From contig OZ287750.1 of the NCBI GenBank assembly GCA_965649765.1, positions 31,868,001 to 31,932,000 of the forward strand: a DNA stretch of 64,000 nucleotides, written 5' to 3'. This document shows positions 48,301 to 57,800 of this stretch, piece by piece. A program made the translations under genes and the position numbers. The notes beneath the pieces are model-generated. The model had not been told where the DNA came from and ran no database searches. It was given only the letters and a program-made list of their open reading frames with translations. Source of the DNA: Bispira polyomma (lineage: Eukaryota). Numbering within the stretch: position 1 is the stretch's first letter; every line of letters begins with the position of its first letter.

Positions 48301-50732
48301 TTTTCTTTTTTTTTTTTTTTTTGGGTGGGGGGGGGGGGGGGGGTGTTTTGGAAGGGGACTGAGTGTAGATACAAGGGTGTATGTGATTTAGGGGGATATG
48401 ACAGTATAGTGGGACGCTGGGAGGTGTCTGCCCTAGTAGACCATTCGACCTTGGAACAAAGGATCTGTAGATCAATCTGCACTTGAGACTCTACCCTTGG
48501 GCAAGGTGCTTCATACAAAGTTTTTCTCTCCATCCAGGTATAATAATGGGTATCTGGCAACTAATAATTGATTTGACATTGTGCAAGAATTCAAGCTAGG
48601 GATGTTGTAAAGTTGAACGAGACCTATTGACAGGTGATCTCAAACTACAAATGTACATTTACAAAATATAACAATGTCAGTAATGAGGCATTCTGGCAAC
48701 AGCACTCGATAGAGAATTATAAATATTTTTTCAACAGTTTCATGCCAACTACCAGACAGAACAGAAAAAATGGTATTGCAGTATTTAAGGCAACTGCTTA
48801 CTAATGCATTAGAAAGTGTAATAGATGTGTCCTGATCTAGTAGATAATTTAGCCTTATAAACCTATTGTCCAGGGCTGTCAAAGAGTACTCAAGTACTCT
48901 TTAAAGAATGGAGTAATGTATTCTTTAGAGAACAAAATCAGAAGAGTACCCTTTCCTTGCTCGTACCGTCTAACTTTACTATAAAATAAGCATTAGATAA
49001 ACTTTAGGTCTTGGATGGAATCCTCTTTTCAGAGTAGTATAATTATGGTAAAAGAGTACTTGTAATACTAATTCACTAAAACTACTCATTTCAACCCTAT
49101 GTTTTGTTTGGATAATAGAAGGTTTAATAAAATAGGAAAGAGGTATTTGGGCATACAACATTAGGGAAATGTAAATTTGAAAGTGTAATAGTGTATTCAT
49201 CAGTTGAAATATTCAGATAATAGAAGTTCAGTTAATTAAGGTTTTTCTGTACATGTGTACTAAACTTTTTATCGTTTCTCCCACTGTTTCCAGAGTGAGC
49301 TGCCCGGGTTTTATGATCCCTGTGTGGGGGAGGAGAAGCAGCTGTCAATCACCTACCACTTTAGACGTCAGCTCCACACCTGCAAGTTTAACGAGAAAGA
49401 TAAAATCGTCATACCAAACAAAAGTAAGTTTAATACTGCTACTTCTTGTATTAGCATTGGGTACATACAGTAGGGGTGAGAAGGGGGCCCTGGTTGCTCG
49501 ATTACAGGCCAAATTTGTTTGGAAACCGTAGTGAAACTTGCGATTCAGGAACTCAAAAACGTGTACGTTTAAGTTAAAACTCTTATATTATCGCCTATAG
49601 TCATAAATCACTTCATCAAAACAATAATTTAAGTCTAATTCCTGAAGGTAATATACGTTTTTCTTTTTAAGTTCCAATATTGCCCCAGGTATTTGCCTTT
49701 ATTTTTCGATATATTTTGTTTACAACAGCTGCCATATGGCTAGACTAGTTTCTGAGATTGGTGCACACTAAATTTGTGGGTACCCAAGTTCGAAACGGTT
49801 AGACGTTTGCGATTACTTGGGCCGCATTTTTGTTGCCTGTCTCACCCCTAATATACAGTAGACTCTCTGTAACTAGAACCAATTGAAGTCAAATTGCTCT
49901 ATAACTGGAACTAATTTTCTGTGGTTCCCAATATTGAAAAATACTGACTTAAAACTAGGTATTAGTAGAAGTTTAGCCATAATTAGAACCAAAGGAAGTG
50001 GATAATAGTTAGACAGAGTCGACTGTGGTTGTGTAGTATGTGTATGTATGTAATTTTTGCCCCCTCTGACAAGAATACATTGTGTTGCACGTATTTTTAA
50101 AAGTATAAAAAAAATTATTTTTTCTGTCGTGATTTGAGGACGTCATGAAGTAACGTCATTCATAAGTTATGTCATCAATAGGGTTAAAAAATGCTGCCAG
50201 AGTAATCGCAAACTTCTAACTGTCTCGATATCGGTGTACCCACGCATTAAGTATAAACCAATCTTAAAAACCAGTCGAGCAATATGGTGCTAATATAAAT
50301 CTAGGGGAATATTGAAAATTAGGAGGCAACCGTTCATTTGCTTCAAAATTAGAACAAATTTTTTGTTGCGATAATTTAATATTTTTAACATACACGTTTT
50401 CGAGTCCCAGAATCACTAGTTTTCATAAGAAAGAAATTGCTTGGGAGTTTGATAAATTAATCAATGCGGTTTATACAACAATAGTTTTTATAATAGCGAT
50501 CTATTTGATGAAAGTTTTATAAAATGTCTGAATATCACACTGGTGTTATACAAGTTTAACTGTTTAACTACCTTGAGACATGCAAACAATTTTCAGTAAA
50601 AATAATTTCAGTATTAGTTTTTACTATAGTTTTCCATACAACACTCTTTTAACGTAAGAAGAATTATATTGCAGGGTCGATTAATTTAGTCTTGTCTTTC
50701 TTTCTATAGGTCATCTGTGTGACGAGACGTGA
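24303..50732 (+). CDS. DNAJC11: DnaJ homolog subfamily C member 11; join(24303..24377,27537..27666,28284..28357,29814..29974,31765..31927,33186..33256,33785..33849,36450..36577,37708..37790,38539..38655,45737..45892,46132..46201,47884..48081,49294..49423,50710..50732), about 547 aa
   Basis: J domain with HPD (DYYAWLGL..RLYHPDKH..VLSDPHLRAIYD); QQQTNPHG; LGIPS; EYGCVKKI; C-terminal DUF3395-type region (GGLIIKKALYG, NVTLPLQALV, LPGFYDPCVGEEKQL, SHLCDET*). All 14 introns are GT-AG and phase-consistent (1644 nt). The exon 5 acceptor is the least certain. Confidence 0.95.
24630..24860. mobile_element. Palindromic MITE-like element in DNAJC11 intron 1
   Basis: GTGGTTACC..GTCAGTCTGCTG.CTTATAC is inverted at 24812-24851; inner arms AAAATACTTACTTA / TAAGTAAGTGTTTT. 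Confidence 0.6.
27537..27666 (+). CDS. DNAJC11: DNAJC11 exon 2 (HPD motif)
   Basis: CCTAG|ATPEEINSAFRRMSRLYHPDKH...KRAHE|GTAGAG. Confidence 0.93.
28284..28357 (+). CDS. DNAJC11: DNAJC11 exon 3
   Basis: VLSDPHLRAIYDTTGVKGLQTDGWQ|GTAAGT. Confidence 0.93.
29035..29370 (+). mobile_element. Second tRNA-derived SINE family (copies also at about 33410-33655, 36684-36985, 61019-61200; minus strand about 51480-51640)
   Basis: A-box GTGGTCTAGTGG, B-box GGTTCTATTCC, conserved core CCTTGGGCA..GTGAACAC and CTCCAGTGGCAG(A/G)(T/C)TAAAGA..AATGGTCATCCTC; LINE-like tail AAGTGCGCTATA. Confidence 0.7.
29814..29974 (+). CDS. DNAJC11: DNAJC11 exon 4
   Basis: LVQRTKSPKEILEEYQ...QQQTNPHGSVSVGLDLSPFFDSYSQT|GTAAGA. 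Confidence 0.92.
30139..30435. mobile_element. piggyBac-like MITE
   Basis: TTAA|CCCTTTC ... GAAAGGG|TTAA. Confidence 0.75.
30514..31221. mobile_element. Foldback-type non-autonomous DNA element, built like 6231-7259
   Basis: TGTAATGCAAAATACTGACTC / GAGTCAGTATCCTGCGCTACA TIRs with repeated AAATACTGACTCCC subterminal motifs. Confidence 0.65.
31765..31927 (+). CDS. DNAJC11: DNAJC11 exon 5
   Basis: NILGQSSISQSVMCPLTTKDTVTLAGSVS...RRVLSNNAWAE|GTCAGT; an alternative in-phase acceptor exists at 31738. Confidence 0.82.
32003..32337 (+). mobile_element. hAT-like MITE, copy 1
   Basis: TIRs TAG(T/G)GGTGAGAC / GTCTTACCCCTA; imperfect 8-bp TSD ATTTTGAC/ATTTTGTT. Confidence 0.75.
32850..33150. repeat. 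26-bp minisatellite (GTTAACACATATATGTACTTGTGACT)n, about 11 copies
   Basis: Direct tandem units ending about 35 bp upstream of the exon 6 acceptor. Confidence 0.9.
33186..33256 (+). CDS. DNAJC11: DNAJC11 exon 6
   Basis: GEAVFGSSASSFHLRGFRNLWNKA|GTAAGA. Confidence 0.85.
33785..33849 (+). CDS. DNAJC11: DNAJC11 exon 7
   Basis: FGTLSGSIQIMSGDMVPLCSA; phases 2 and 1 fit the flanking exons. Confidence 0.8.
33916..34121. mobile_element. Helentron-associated non-autonomous element (relatives at about 12170-12380, 15680-15790, 37342-37580, 57650-57820)
   Basis: ACTAGA..ACTCAATAGAGCGCATACCTCTGCCAAGG ... CTCCTTGG(C/T)AG(A/G)GGT; subterminal inverted repeat ACCTCTGCCAAGG/CCTTGGCAGAGGT. Confidence 0.65.
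35132..35542. mobile_element. hAT-like MITE
   Basis: TIRs CAGGGGTCG / CGACCTCTG with GGTAGT..AGACTAC subterminal motifs; TSD not evident. Confidence 0.5.
36450..36577 (+). CDS. DNAJC11: DNAJC11 exon 8
   Basis: VLVQQLDKQVQGRLAY...SLRTSVSW..LEGAVQ|GTCAGA. Confidence 0.88.
37708..37790 (+). CDS. DNAJC11: DNAJC11 exon 9
   Basis: LGIPSIFVKLSYYHMLPRYDLSIDAKLK|GTAAGT. Confidence 0.92.
38539..38655 (+). CDS. DNAJC11: DNAJC11 exon 10
   Basis: IGTLSVLGEYGCVKKITQFSTVSASMSVGMPSGVTLHLR|GTAGGC. Confidence 0.93.
38713..38908 (+). repeat. DIRS left inverted terminal repeat
   Basis: Reverse complement of 44236-44410 with about 5 differences over about 175 bp (manual count). Confidence 0.93.
39043..40276 (+). 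pseudogene. DIRS gag-like ORF1 remnant
   Basis: Fragmented ORFs (coiled coil LLQILAELGKLSERLEKVE; RG-rich end RGGRGSGRR) between the ITR and RT. Confidence 0.6.
40291..41965 (+). pseudogene. DIRS RT-RNase H remnant, RT core replaced by foreign DNA (about 40553-41442)
   Basis: VGGRL..QMLEKRVI..G(F)YSRIF(L)VPKP; resumes at FIGYLFD..GVLASLERTV; RNase H LFTDASNTGW..SGVWS..VNVLEL*AI..ATDS..VVAYLNK, with stops and frameshifts. Confidence 0.88.
42350..43100 (+). pseudogene. DIRS tyrosine recombinase remnant
   Basis: PSWDLSLVLLALTKPPFDPM..IASGKRRGELHA..SSWLKQTI..VKAHS. Confidence 0.88.
44084..44185. repeat. DIRS internal complementary region (ICR)
   Basis: 44084-44127 is the exact reverse complement of the element's first 44 nt; 44128-44185 is complementary to its last about 58 nt. 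Confidence 0.93.
44236..44456 (-). repeat. DIRS right inverted terminal repeat with 3' extension
   Basis: Inverted copy of the left ITR plus a unique extension matched by the ICR. Confidence 0.93.
45056..45585 (+). mobile_element. hAT-like MITE, copy 2, with an internal about 150-bp tandem duplication
   Basis: TAGGGGTGAGAC / ATCTCACCCCTA; 45263-45420 is repeated at 45417-45572. Confidence 0.8.
45737..45892 (+). CDS. DNAJC11: DNAJC11 exon 11
   Basis: LQRGNQSFSFPIFLCDEVTPEPLFYGTVVPLVVY...QKEK|GTAAGC. Confidence 0.94.
46132..46201 (+). CDS. DNAJC11: DNAJC11 exon 12
   Basis: DLQRKKEVNSQWKTQKKKEAESA|GTAAGT. Confidence 0.92.
47030..47340 (+). mobile_element. L2 LINE 3' end with (ATT)n tail
   Basis: GGRSFAVAAPAEWNRLP..FRSQLKTHLF, then AGCGCATTAGAG..GCGCTTTATAAAT..ATTATTATT. 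Confidence 0.8.
47884..48081 (+). CDS. DNAJC11: DNAJC11 exon 13
   Basis: LELMKESIGRSLELEEQKGGLIIKKALYG...NVTLPLQALVSESKLMLLQNTQL|GTAAGG. Confidence 0.94.
48640..48870 (-). mobile_element. L2/CR1 LINE fragment
   Basis: LDQDTSITLSNALVSSCLKYCN motif. Confidence 0.6.
49294..49423 (+). CDS. DNAJC11: DNAJC11 exon 14
   Basis: SELPGFYDPCVGEEKQLSITYHFRRQLH...IPNK|GTAAGT. Confidence 0.95.
49471..49850 (+). mobile_element. hAT-like MITE, copy 3
   Basis: TAGGGGTGAGA / TCTCACCCCTA; 8-bp TSD ACATACAG/ATATACAG. Confidence 0.85.
50710..50732 (+). CDS. DNAJC11: DNAJC11 terminal coding exon 15
   Basis: Polypyrimidine tract and TATAG|(S)HLCDET*; similar to the vertebrate SHRIDTDG* ending. Confidence 0.82.
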
Positions 50733-52867
50733 CACAAGCCAACATTAGGATGTCTACAATTATTCTAACAAGTCGCGTCTGTGAACTGTGTATACATAAA
50801 AACATTTTTGTTATCTGAATAACTTTATAGAGTGATAATCTGTTTGAATAATAGAACGTTCATCAAATGGTAGGGCTGCCAAAAGAATACTCGACTGAAC
50901 CTCATTGTATAGAATAATGAGTATTATTTGGAGTACAACAACAGAAAAAGCGTATACTTTTTTGGCTCATAGCTTCTAACTTTACAATAAAATAGGTAAT
51001 AGATGAGCCATTCTTACCAATTTATAAGTATCTTTTTTAGATCTTTGGCCTTTTTGGCACACAGGAAAGTGTATTCTTTTATGAGTAAAGTACTGATGAA
51101 AAATTGCTCGAACACAAAATTACTACTGGTTTCAGCCCTATGAAGCAGAAGAGGTACTTCCAATAAACCAGTAGGAAAATATAAATTTGGCCGAGTTTGT
51201 AAATCAAGAACAGTAGAACCTGTATCATCTGGAAATGTTAAGCAATATTTTGTTTGGATAATAGAGTTGATCAGGTTCCATGTATTGTTTTCTACTGAAT
51301 CCACCCCTCATTCTCACTACTGTTTATCTATAGCCACTCGCTCTTCTTCTTCTATGAACGAGTGAACCAACCGTCGTTGAACATTTCAGTATTTGCATTA
51401 ATTGTACTAGAATTTCTACTGTGTGCACTATCTTCTAGTTTTACTGGATTTCAGGGGGCTAATTTGCCCCCATCTACAAGTGCAGCCATCAACCACCAGT
51501 AACTGTCATTGCCCTAACTAAAGACAGAGGCTCGAGGATGACCATTTAGTTTTACCCCCAACATGAATTCTTTAGCCTGTCACTGGGATTGGGACCCAAT
51601 GACAATGCTGCCATATTTGGTAGTCATCTATGTTGGTCATGAGTAAATTGTGGCATCCAACATATTTTTTGTGTTATGGTTATGTTGTGTTTTTGATTTT
51701 AAATTATCTTTTTTTTTTTGTTTTTGCACTGACGCTATGTGCATGTTTGTGTGTATTTAATACAGTACATTTCTGAAATGTTGTGTTCATTTATTTGATC
51801 AAGAACTTCAATTTAGCCACTTTTGTTTGTTACATTTCCAATCTTTAAAGTTTTACATTTACTTTCTTACATGTTACATTTACAAATTCTTTCTAACATT
51901 CCTGAATTATTCAACCTTGCTTTTCAATAATTTCCTTCTATTATTTGTTTTAGCTGAGATTTGTTTGTAATTTTCCAAACAGCTAGTTCAGTGTGCCACA
52001 TCTCAAAATGTACCCTAAAGTTTGATCTTGACCTGAAAACATCTTGTCTGTACTGTTTACCTCAGGAATAACTCGAGGGGAATTTTAGATGTGATCCACA
52101 TAATTGTTCCATAGATTGCACTGGATTGTTGTCGAATTCATTTGGAATTTATGTGCAGTAGAAACTAAATTTCTATTTTTCCAATATTCAAGTGGGGCTG
52201 CGGTGACCTAGTAGTTGAAAGCATATGGTTCACAATCACTGGACGCTCAGCAATATGGGTACAAATCCGGTTTGTGGTGGGAAAATTTGGCTGGTACTTT
52301 CCATAGGTTTAGAGTGCTTCACAGCTTTTGATTTACTACGTCTATTATGAGTACAAGTGCAAAAAGAGTAGCGTCTCCCATCATCCCCTACAGCCATTGC
52401 TTCCACACCTATTGTGATTTAGCTTTATAATGTAACCTGTAAAAAATGGCACTGACTGATATGAAAATTTCATAGTCCGGACATTTGATCTTAGTCCTGG
52501 CGTAAAATGATTTTTACTAGATTTGAAATATTGCATGGCTTTTGCACAGCTTTTTGCATGATTATGCCAATGCTTATTGGCATAATCATGCTTTCCTGGA
52601 GAAAGAGGTGGGGTATAGGCGAAGAACCTTGGTTATACATGGTTACGACATGTCAACAGGGTAATCTCGGAACCTGTAGGGAGTTGTGATCTTATATTTG
52701 ATGTATATACACTCCCTGGTCTCTAGTTAGTCCAAAATTAATTTGGCTAGATTATATTGGGTATAGTATAATTTATTCAAGTTTTATATATTGAAATTGT
52801 CAGATTTGATTGAAGGGTCCATTTCAAAAGGCACATAATATATATATATATATTATGATATATATTA

Positions 52868-53580
52868 TAAGGATTACAGCATGTTTCAGCCATTCCGGAC
52901 ACTAACTCCAAAGCTGCTTGATGGAGTTCATTATATTTGGTACACAGATGTATATGAACCTGAGGAGAAACCCTATTGTATGATGACCTTAAACTTATTA
53001 AGGGTTAAAATTTTATGATGACTTTAAGGTTACAGCATGTTTCAGTCTATTTGGACTCCAATTCCAAAACTGCTTGATGGATTTCATTCATATTTGGTAC
53101 ACAGATGTATATGGACCTGAGGAGTAACCCTATTGTATGGTGGCCTCAAACTCCTAAGAGTTAATATTTTGTAATGACTTTAAGGTTACAACATATTTCA
53201 GCTTTTCTGGACCTTAACTCCAAACCTGCTTAATGGATTTTATTTATATTTGGTACACAGCTGTATATGGACCTGAGGAGGAACCCTTTTTGTATGATGA
53301 CCTTAAACTCCTAAGAGTTAAAATTTTATGATGACTTTAAGGATACAGCATGTTTCAGTCATTCCTGACTCTAAAACTGCTTGATTGATTTCATTTATAT
53401 TTGGGACATAGATTAACATGTATATGGATCTGAGGAGGAACCCTATTGTACGGTGACCTAAACTCACAACAGTAAAAGTAATTTAATGAGTTTAAAGTTA
53501 CGACATGTTTGATTACTTCCAAACTGTAACACAAAACCTGCTTGGTGGATTTCATTTACATTTGTATACTGATGTAAACT
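52868..53580. repeat. About 156-bp tandem repeat, about 4.6 copies; probably the central array of a Helentron-like element
   Basis: Units starting TAAGG(T/A)TACAGCATGTTTCAG at about 52868, 53025, 53181, 53338 and 53493; downstream hairpin GTGACC..GGTCAC (53740-53759) and a T-tract. Confidence 0.85.
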
Positions 53581-54575
53581 TCTCAGATATCAAAAATCGA
53601 GAGGTTACAGTTGCAACATTTTTTGTATGTTCAAATGTCAATGTCATAAGACAAAGTTCCTGAAAATGAAACATTTTATGGTGATACTCAAATATATGGT
53701 ATTATTGCCTACTATTCACATTTGATGTATCTAAGATATGTGACCGATTCATGGGTCACTGAATGCTTTGTATATGTTTTTTTTTAGCTTCCTATACACT
53801 TTTAAGTTAATATTTGAGGTTAAGAGCAATTTTGTCTACTTCACTAGTACGGTAGACTAACCCAACCTTACTAGTAACGGATTATTATTTTGTGAAGAAC
53901 GTTTTTCGGGTCTCGTAAATTTTGTTCATACATAGATGTTTCGGATTTTAATTTTGCGTTTGGTTTACCTTACTTGGTACCCCACAGTAGATGGTTCTTC
54001 AAATCCATTTTGACCGCTAACTAGTGACAGGTTCATTATTTTCAGACTCCTCAGTAACTTGATTTGTAGTCGCATTATCATGATATGGCCGCCAGGCCAT
54101 TATCCTCTTGTTTAAAATATCAAGATTGCATGACTTTCCCACGACTATTTGTACACCTGTTTCAGGGTTGCCCACTAAATCAAGGTCACAACCATCCTGT
54201 ATTGTAAGAAATTGATAAATTTCTTTAATGTTTTATAACAAGACAAGTTCTTTTAACTAAAATATCAAAATTGATATCTGCCGACCACCTAAAATGGGGG
54301 GTTTTCCTTTAAAGAAATAAAAGATGTGGTTTTTTTATAAAATATATTTGTACTGTTATTGACTTGTCCACATCACTATGTACACACATAAATATAGAGA
54401 GATCACATGACTCAACAGGTCACAGTACAAAACCTATATGACACCGTCCACCAATGGGTTTCTTATTTTGTTTGTGTACAAACATTGCCAACGTACTACC
54501 AGAATAATAATATTACCAACAACAAACATCCAATATAATAATTAACACAAGAGCTACACACATACAACAGAATTA

Positions 54576-54811
54576 CAGTACAAACCTCTATTATCTATAT
54601 ACATGTATGTTGTGAGAACAAGATTTGTGTTCAGAAATCAGAAGGTTCATTCAATGAAATGGAGCCATTTTAGTACAAACAAATACATGTAGTGAAATAT
54701 AGATCAGTACAAACAAATACATGTAGTGAAATATAGATCAGGCAGAGTAGAAGAAAGTTTATATAATCAACTATTCTGATAACAGAAGTTCAGATAATAG
54801 AGGTTCTACTG
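54576..54811. mobile_element. pogo/Tigger-like MITE family (other copies about 34416-34602, 38374-38511, 47589-47832, 49060-49249, 55751-55936, 58130-58326, 59267-59445, 59789-59950, 60950-61019, 62809-62972)
   Basis: Consensus TIR CAGTAGAACCTCTATTATCC / GGATAATAGAGGTTCTACTG, usually TA-flanked. Confidence 0.8.
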
Positions 54812-57800
54812 TATATCACAAATCTATGTTTGATTATGTCTACAAATACTCCATTAGTTCTTACCGGTTTTTACGCACACTTTGTCCTGTGTTACAAACA
54901 GATCCAGATGTTTTAACTCTGACAATATTGTACCAATAAATATATATTTGCCAGGATGGACCTACTTCAACTTGCCTTTGATTAATTTTGACCAATTTTT
55001 TGCAGTTTGGAAAAAATTTAATTTCTTGCAAAATATATAAACAAACTTCCAAATATGCACATATGTAGCTAAACATGAACAGTAATTCTCAAATATTTTC
55101 TACTTCTTATAAATGTTACTATATTTAGTACAACAATGTTACCATTATCTTTCGTGTTTCTGATATTTTTTTTTAAGTTACCAGATTATGTAGCAATTTC
55201 ATCAGTTTACAGTAACTGAATATAACTACAATGGAGCCTTTGTTATCTGAACTTCTATCCAAATTGCTAAAATTTTATAGTACAGTAACAAAATGTTCGC
55301 TAATTCACTAGTGGCAATACAGGACTGAGATAAATAGTTCAATATGGAGAGGTGTTTACTAATGGAGGTTGATTTTGGATTTTTAACATACTTTACTATT
55401 ACTACCCGGTATCTTCGAATTTACAACACCAGAATCAAACCGGTAATCATGATATATAGCCAATTTGTTGAACACATTGTCACCGTCAAATTTATATTTT
55501 TGTTATTTACTTATACTAAAATAACTCTTCTACTTCATGAACATTCTATTATCCAAACATTATCTTGCTCCCCTACAATGTTCAATTAATACAGGTTCTG
55601 CTGTACAGTTTCAACACTAAAACCCCAAAAATACCACCTGTGGTGTATGGCTTCAATTCAATGACTTTTTTTTTAAGAAACAACACAAAAATACTTTTGT
55701 GTATATATAGAACAAGAGATATTAAACAAGATATCTGCAGTATACCAATTCAGTAGAGCCTCCGTTATCTCACATTGTGTTATCTATAGATATTCAATTT
55801 CATGAATTAATATCTACTATTATGTCTTCGTATTGTTTTTGTACAAATTAAAATGTCTTGTTCTATTTTATCAACCTTGTATTATCCGACCAAAATCTCC
55901 CTCTCCCAACAAGTTTGTATAATGGAGGTTCTACTGTATATGGAATTCACAGATTCAAAAGTTGGGTTTGTATTAGTACCAGTAATTACTCTGAATTCCT
56001 AAGACAAGCAGTAATTACAGAAGTCAAGCAAAACTACAGAACAAGATTGCAAACACAAGAAAGGAAGAAGCTTGGAAATTACTCCACCAACTCCAGGTGT
56101 CAACAAATGACATATAGCATCTCTACATTTGCATGGTGTGTAAATATAACATTATAAGAACTCTTTTTAAATAACGCAAAAAATACATTTACATGTACAT
56201 AAAATAATCGGATCCTACATGGACGGAATGATTTTACAGGACATGTCTACTACCATTAAATTTCTTGTTTTTAAACTTTTTCTCTTTTAGACATCACACT
56301 TGTGTTTACAATGTAAACCAGTTAAACATTTTTACGAGATAAGATTTATTTTCAAATATTTGTAACTCGGTAACATTAAAAAGTGATCACATGTTTTTTT
56401 CCTAATTTTTACTTGATATTTTTACTCTATGACCCAAACTTTTATTAACGAAACAGTTACCTCCACTAAGGAAGTTCTGTATTTCAAGCCGATTTGTTAA
56501 CATGTCTAACCACCCTTTCCATGACAATATACTACCATTCTGTTAGTTGCCTAAATGACTTTTTTTAACGAAGGAATTATTGCTTTATTTTAGTAACAAA
56601 ATAACATCCACTATGATCTACTATATACTGCTTTCTGAGTAAGTGGGAATACAATGGAACTACTGTTATCGGATCATGTATAACTACATGGTATACACAA
56701 CTAAGTGGTGTGATGAAGTCCTCTCTAATGAAAACTGTGGGAGACCCTAATTACCATGGCTGTGTTTTAGTCTGTATGCATGAACATTGCTACTACATGT
56801 AATAACCAAGGTTGGCATTTATCAAAGGTGTTAAACGCCCAGTAATCTGTATGATCTTCTGTACTTTTGTTTGCAACAAATACCGGTATATATCAAATTT
56901 CTCATTTGTTTAGTAACAACTAATGTTAATTATGTTAATGTATGTTAATTAACACAATAACTGAACACTTTAGAAGACACAGACCTAAATCAAACATAAA
57001 CAACAGAATACTACAAAAGACGCCAGCCTGTAAAGAACAGCCTTTTCTCAGTGTGTTAAATACAATGTTGTTGTGTACTTCAAGGAAAACATACAATACT
57101 AATTGGGGGGGGGGGGGGGGGGGGGGACAGACAGTGTCTCTGTTAGTGTCAAACTTAATAGGTTACAAAGTTACAAAGTAAATTTACCTAAACTAAAACT
57201 ACAACACTCTTCATGGATAATAAATTAGAAAATAAATAGGATGCTCTATCAAGTACAAAGAAAACAGTAAAAATCAATGAGACACTGCACCACCCAGAGG
57301 CTGGTTCTGACCTAAACACTTATTCTATCCTCTTCACTGACGATCTCTCATTAATGTCAGTTTTCGGTAATTTAGATTAGGGGTTACCAGACCCTCATTT
57401 GTGGTAGCGCTTCCATAATTAACCCTTCTCTGCACAGCTCCAAACACCCACCCCTCACATTCATTTCCTTTTACCTCTCCCCACAGAAAGTATCTTTTGC
57501 AGTATTGACGGATGTTTCAACCCTTACCCTGTGATCTGACACTCTGAAAGAATTTAAGGTCCTGTTTTCACAAGATTCTATCACTATGTTACATTATAAG
57601 CCTAGGTATAGCACATACCCCCTTCAAGGTGCTGCAGTGTCAAACAATTACCTAGATATGCAGATCTACTTGCATATGCTCCAAAATTAAATGGATTCTT
57701 TTCTGCCCTATGCCCATCACTCTTTCAAATTTTATGTCAATCAATTTAGCAGTAATTTTGTAACAAACAAACAAACCAACAGACATAGGCCAAAAAAACA

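Noticed and set aside
57240-57570. GC-richer stretch that might be an exon
   Set aside because: No convincing open frame or recognisable protein motif was found.
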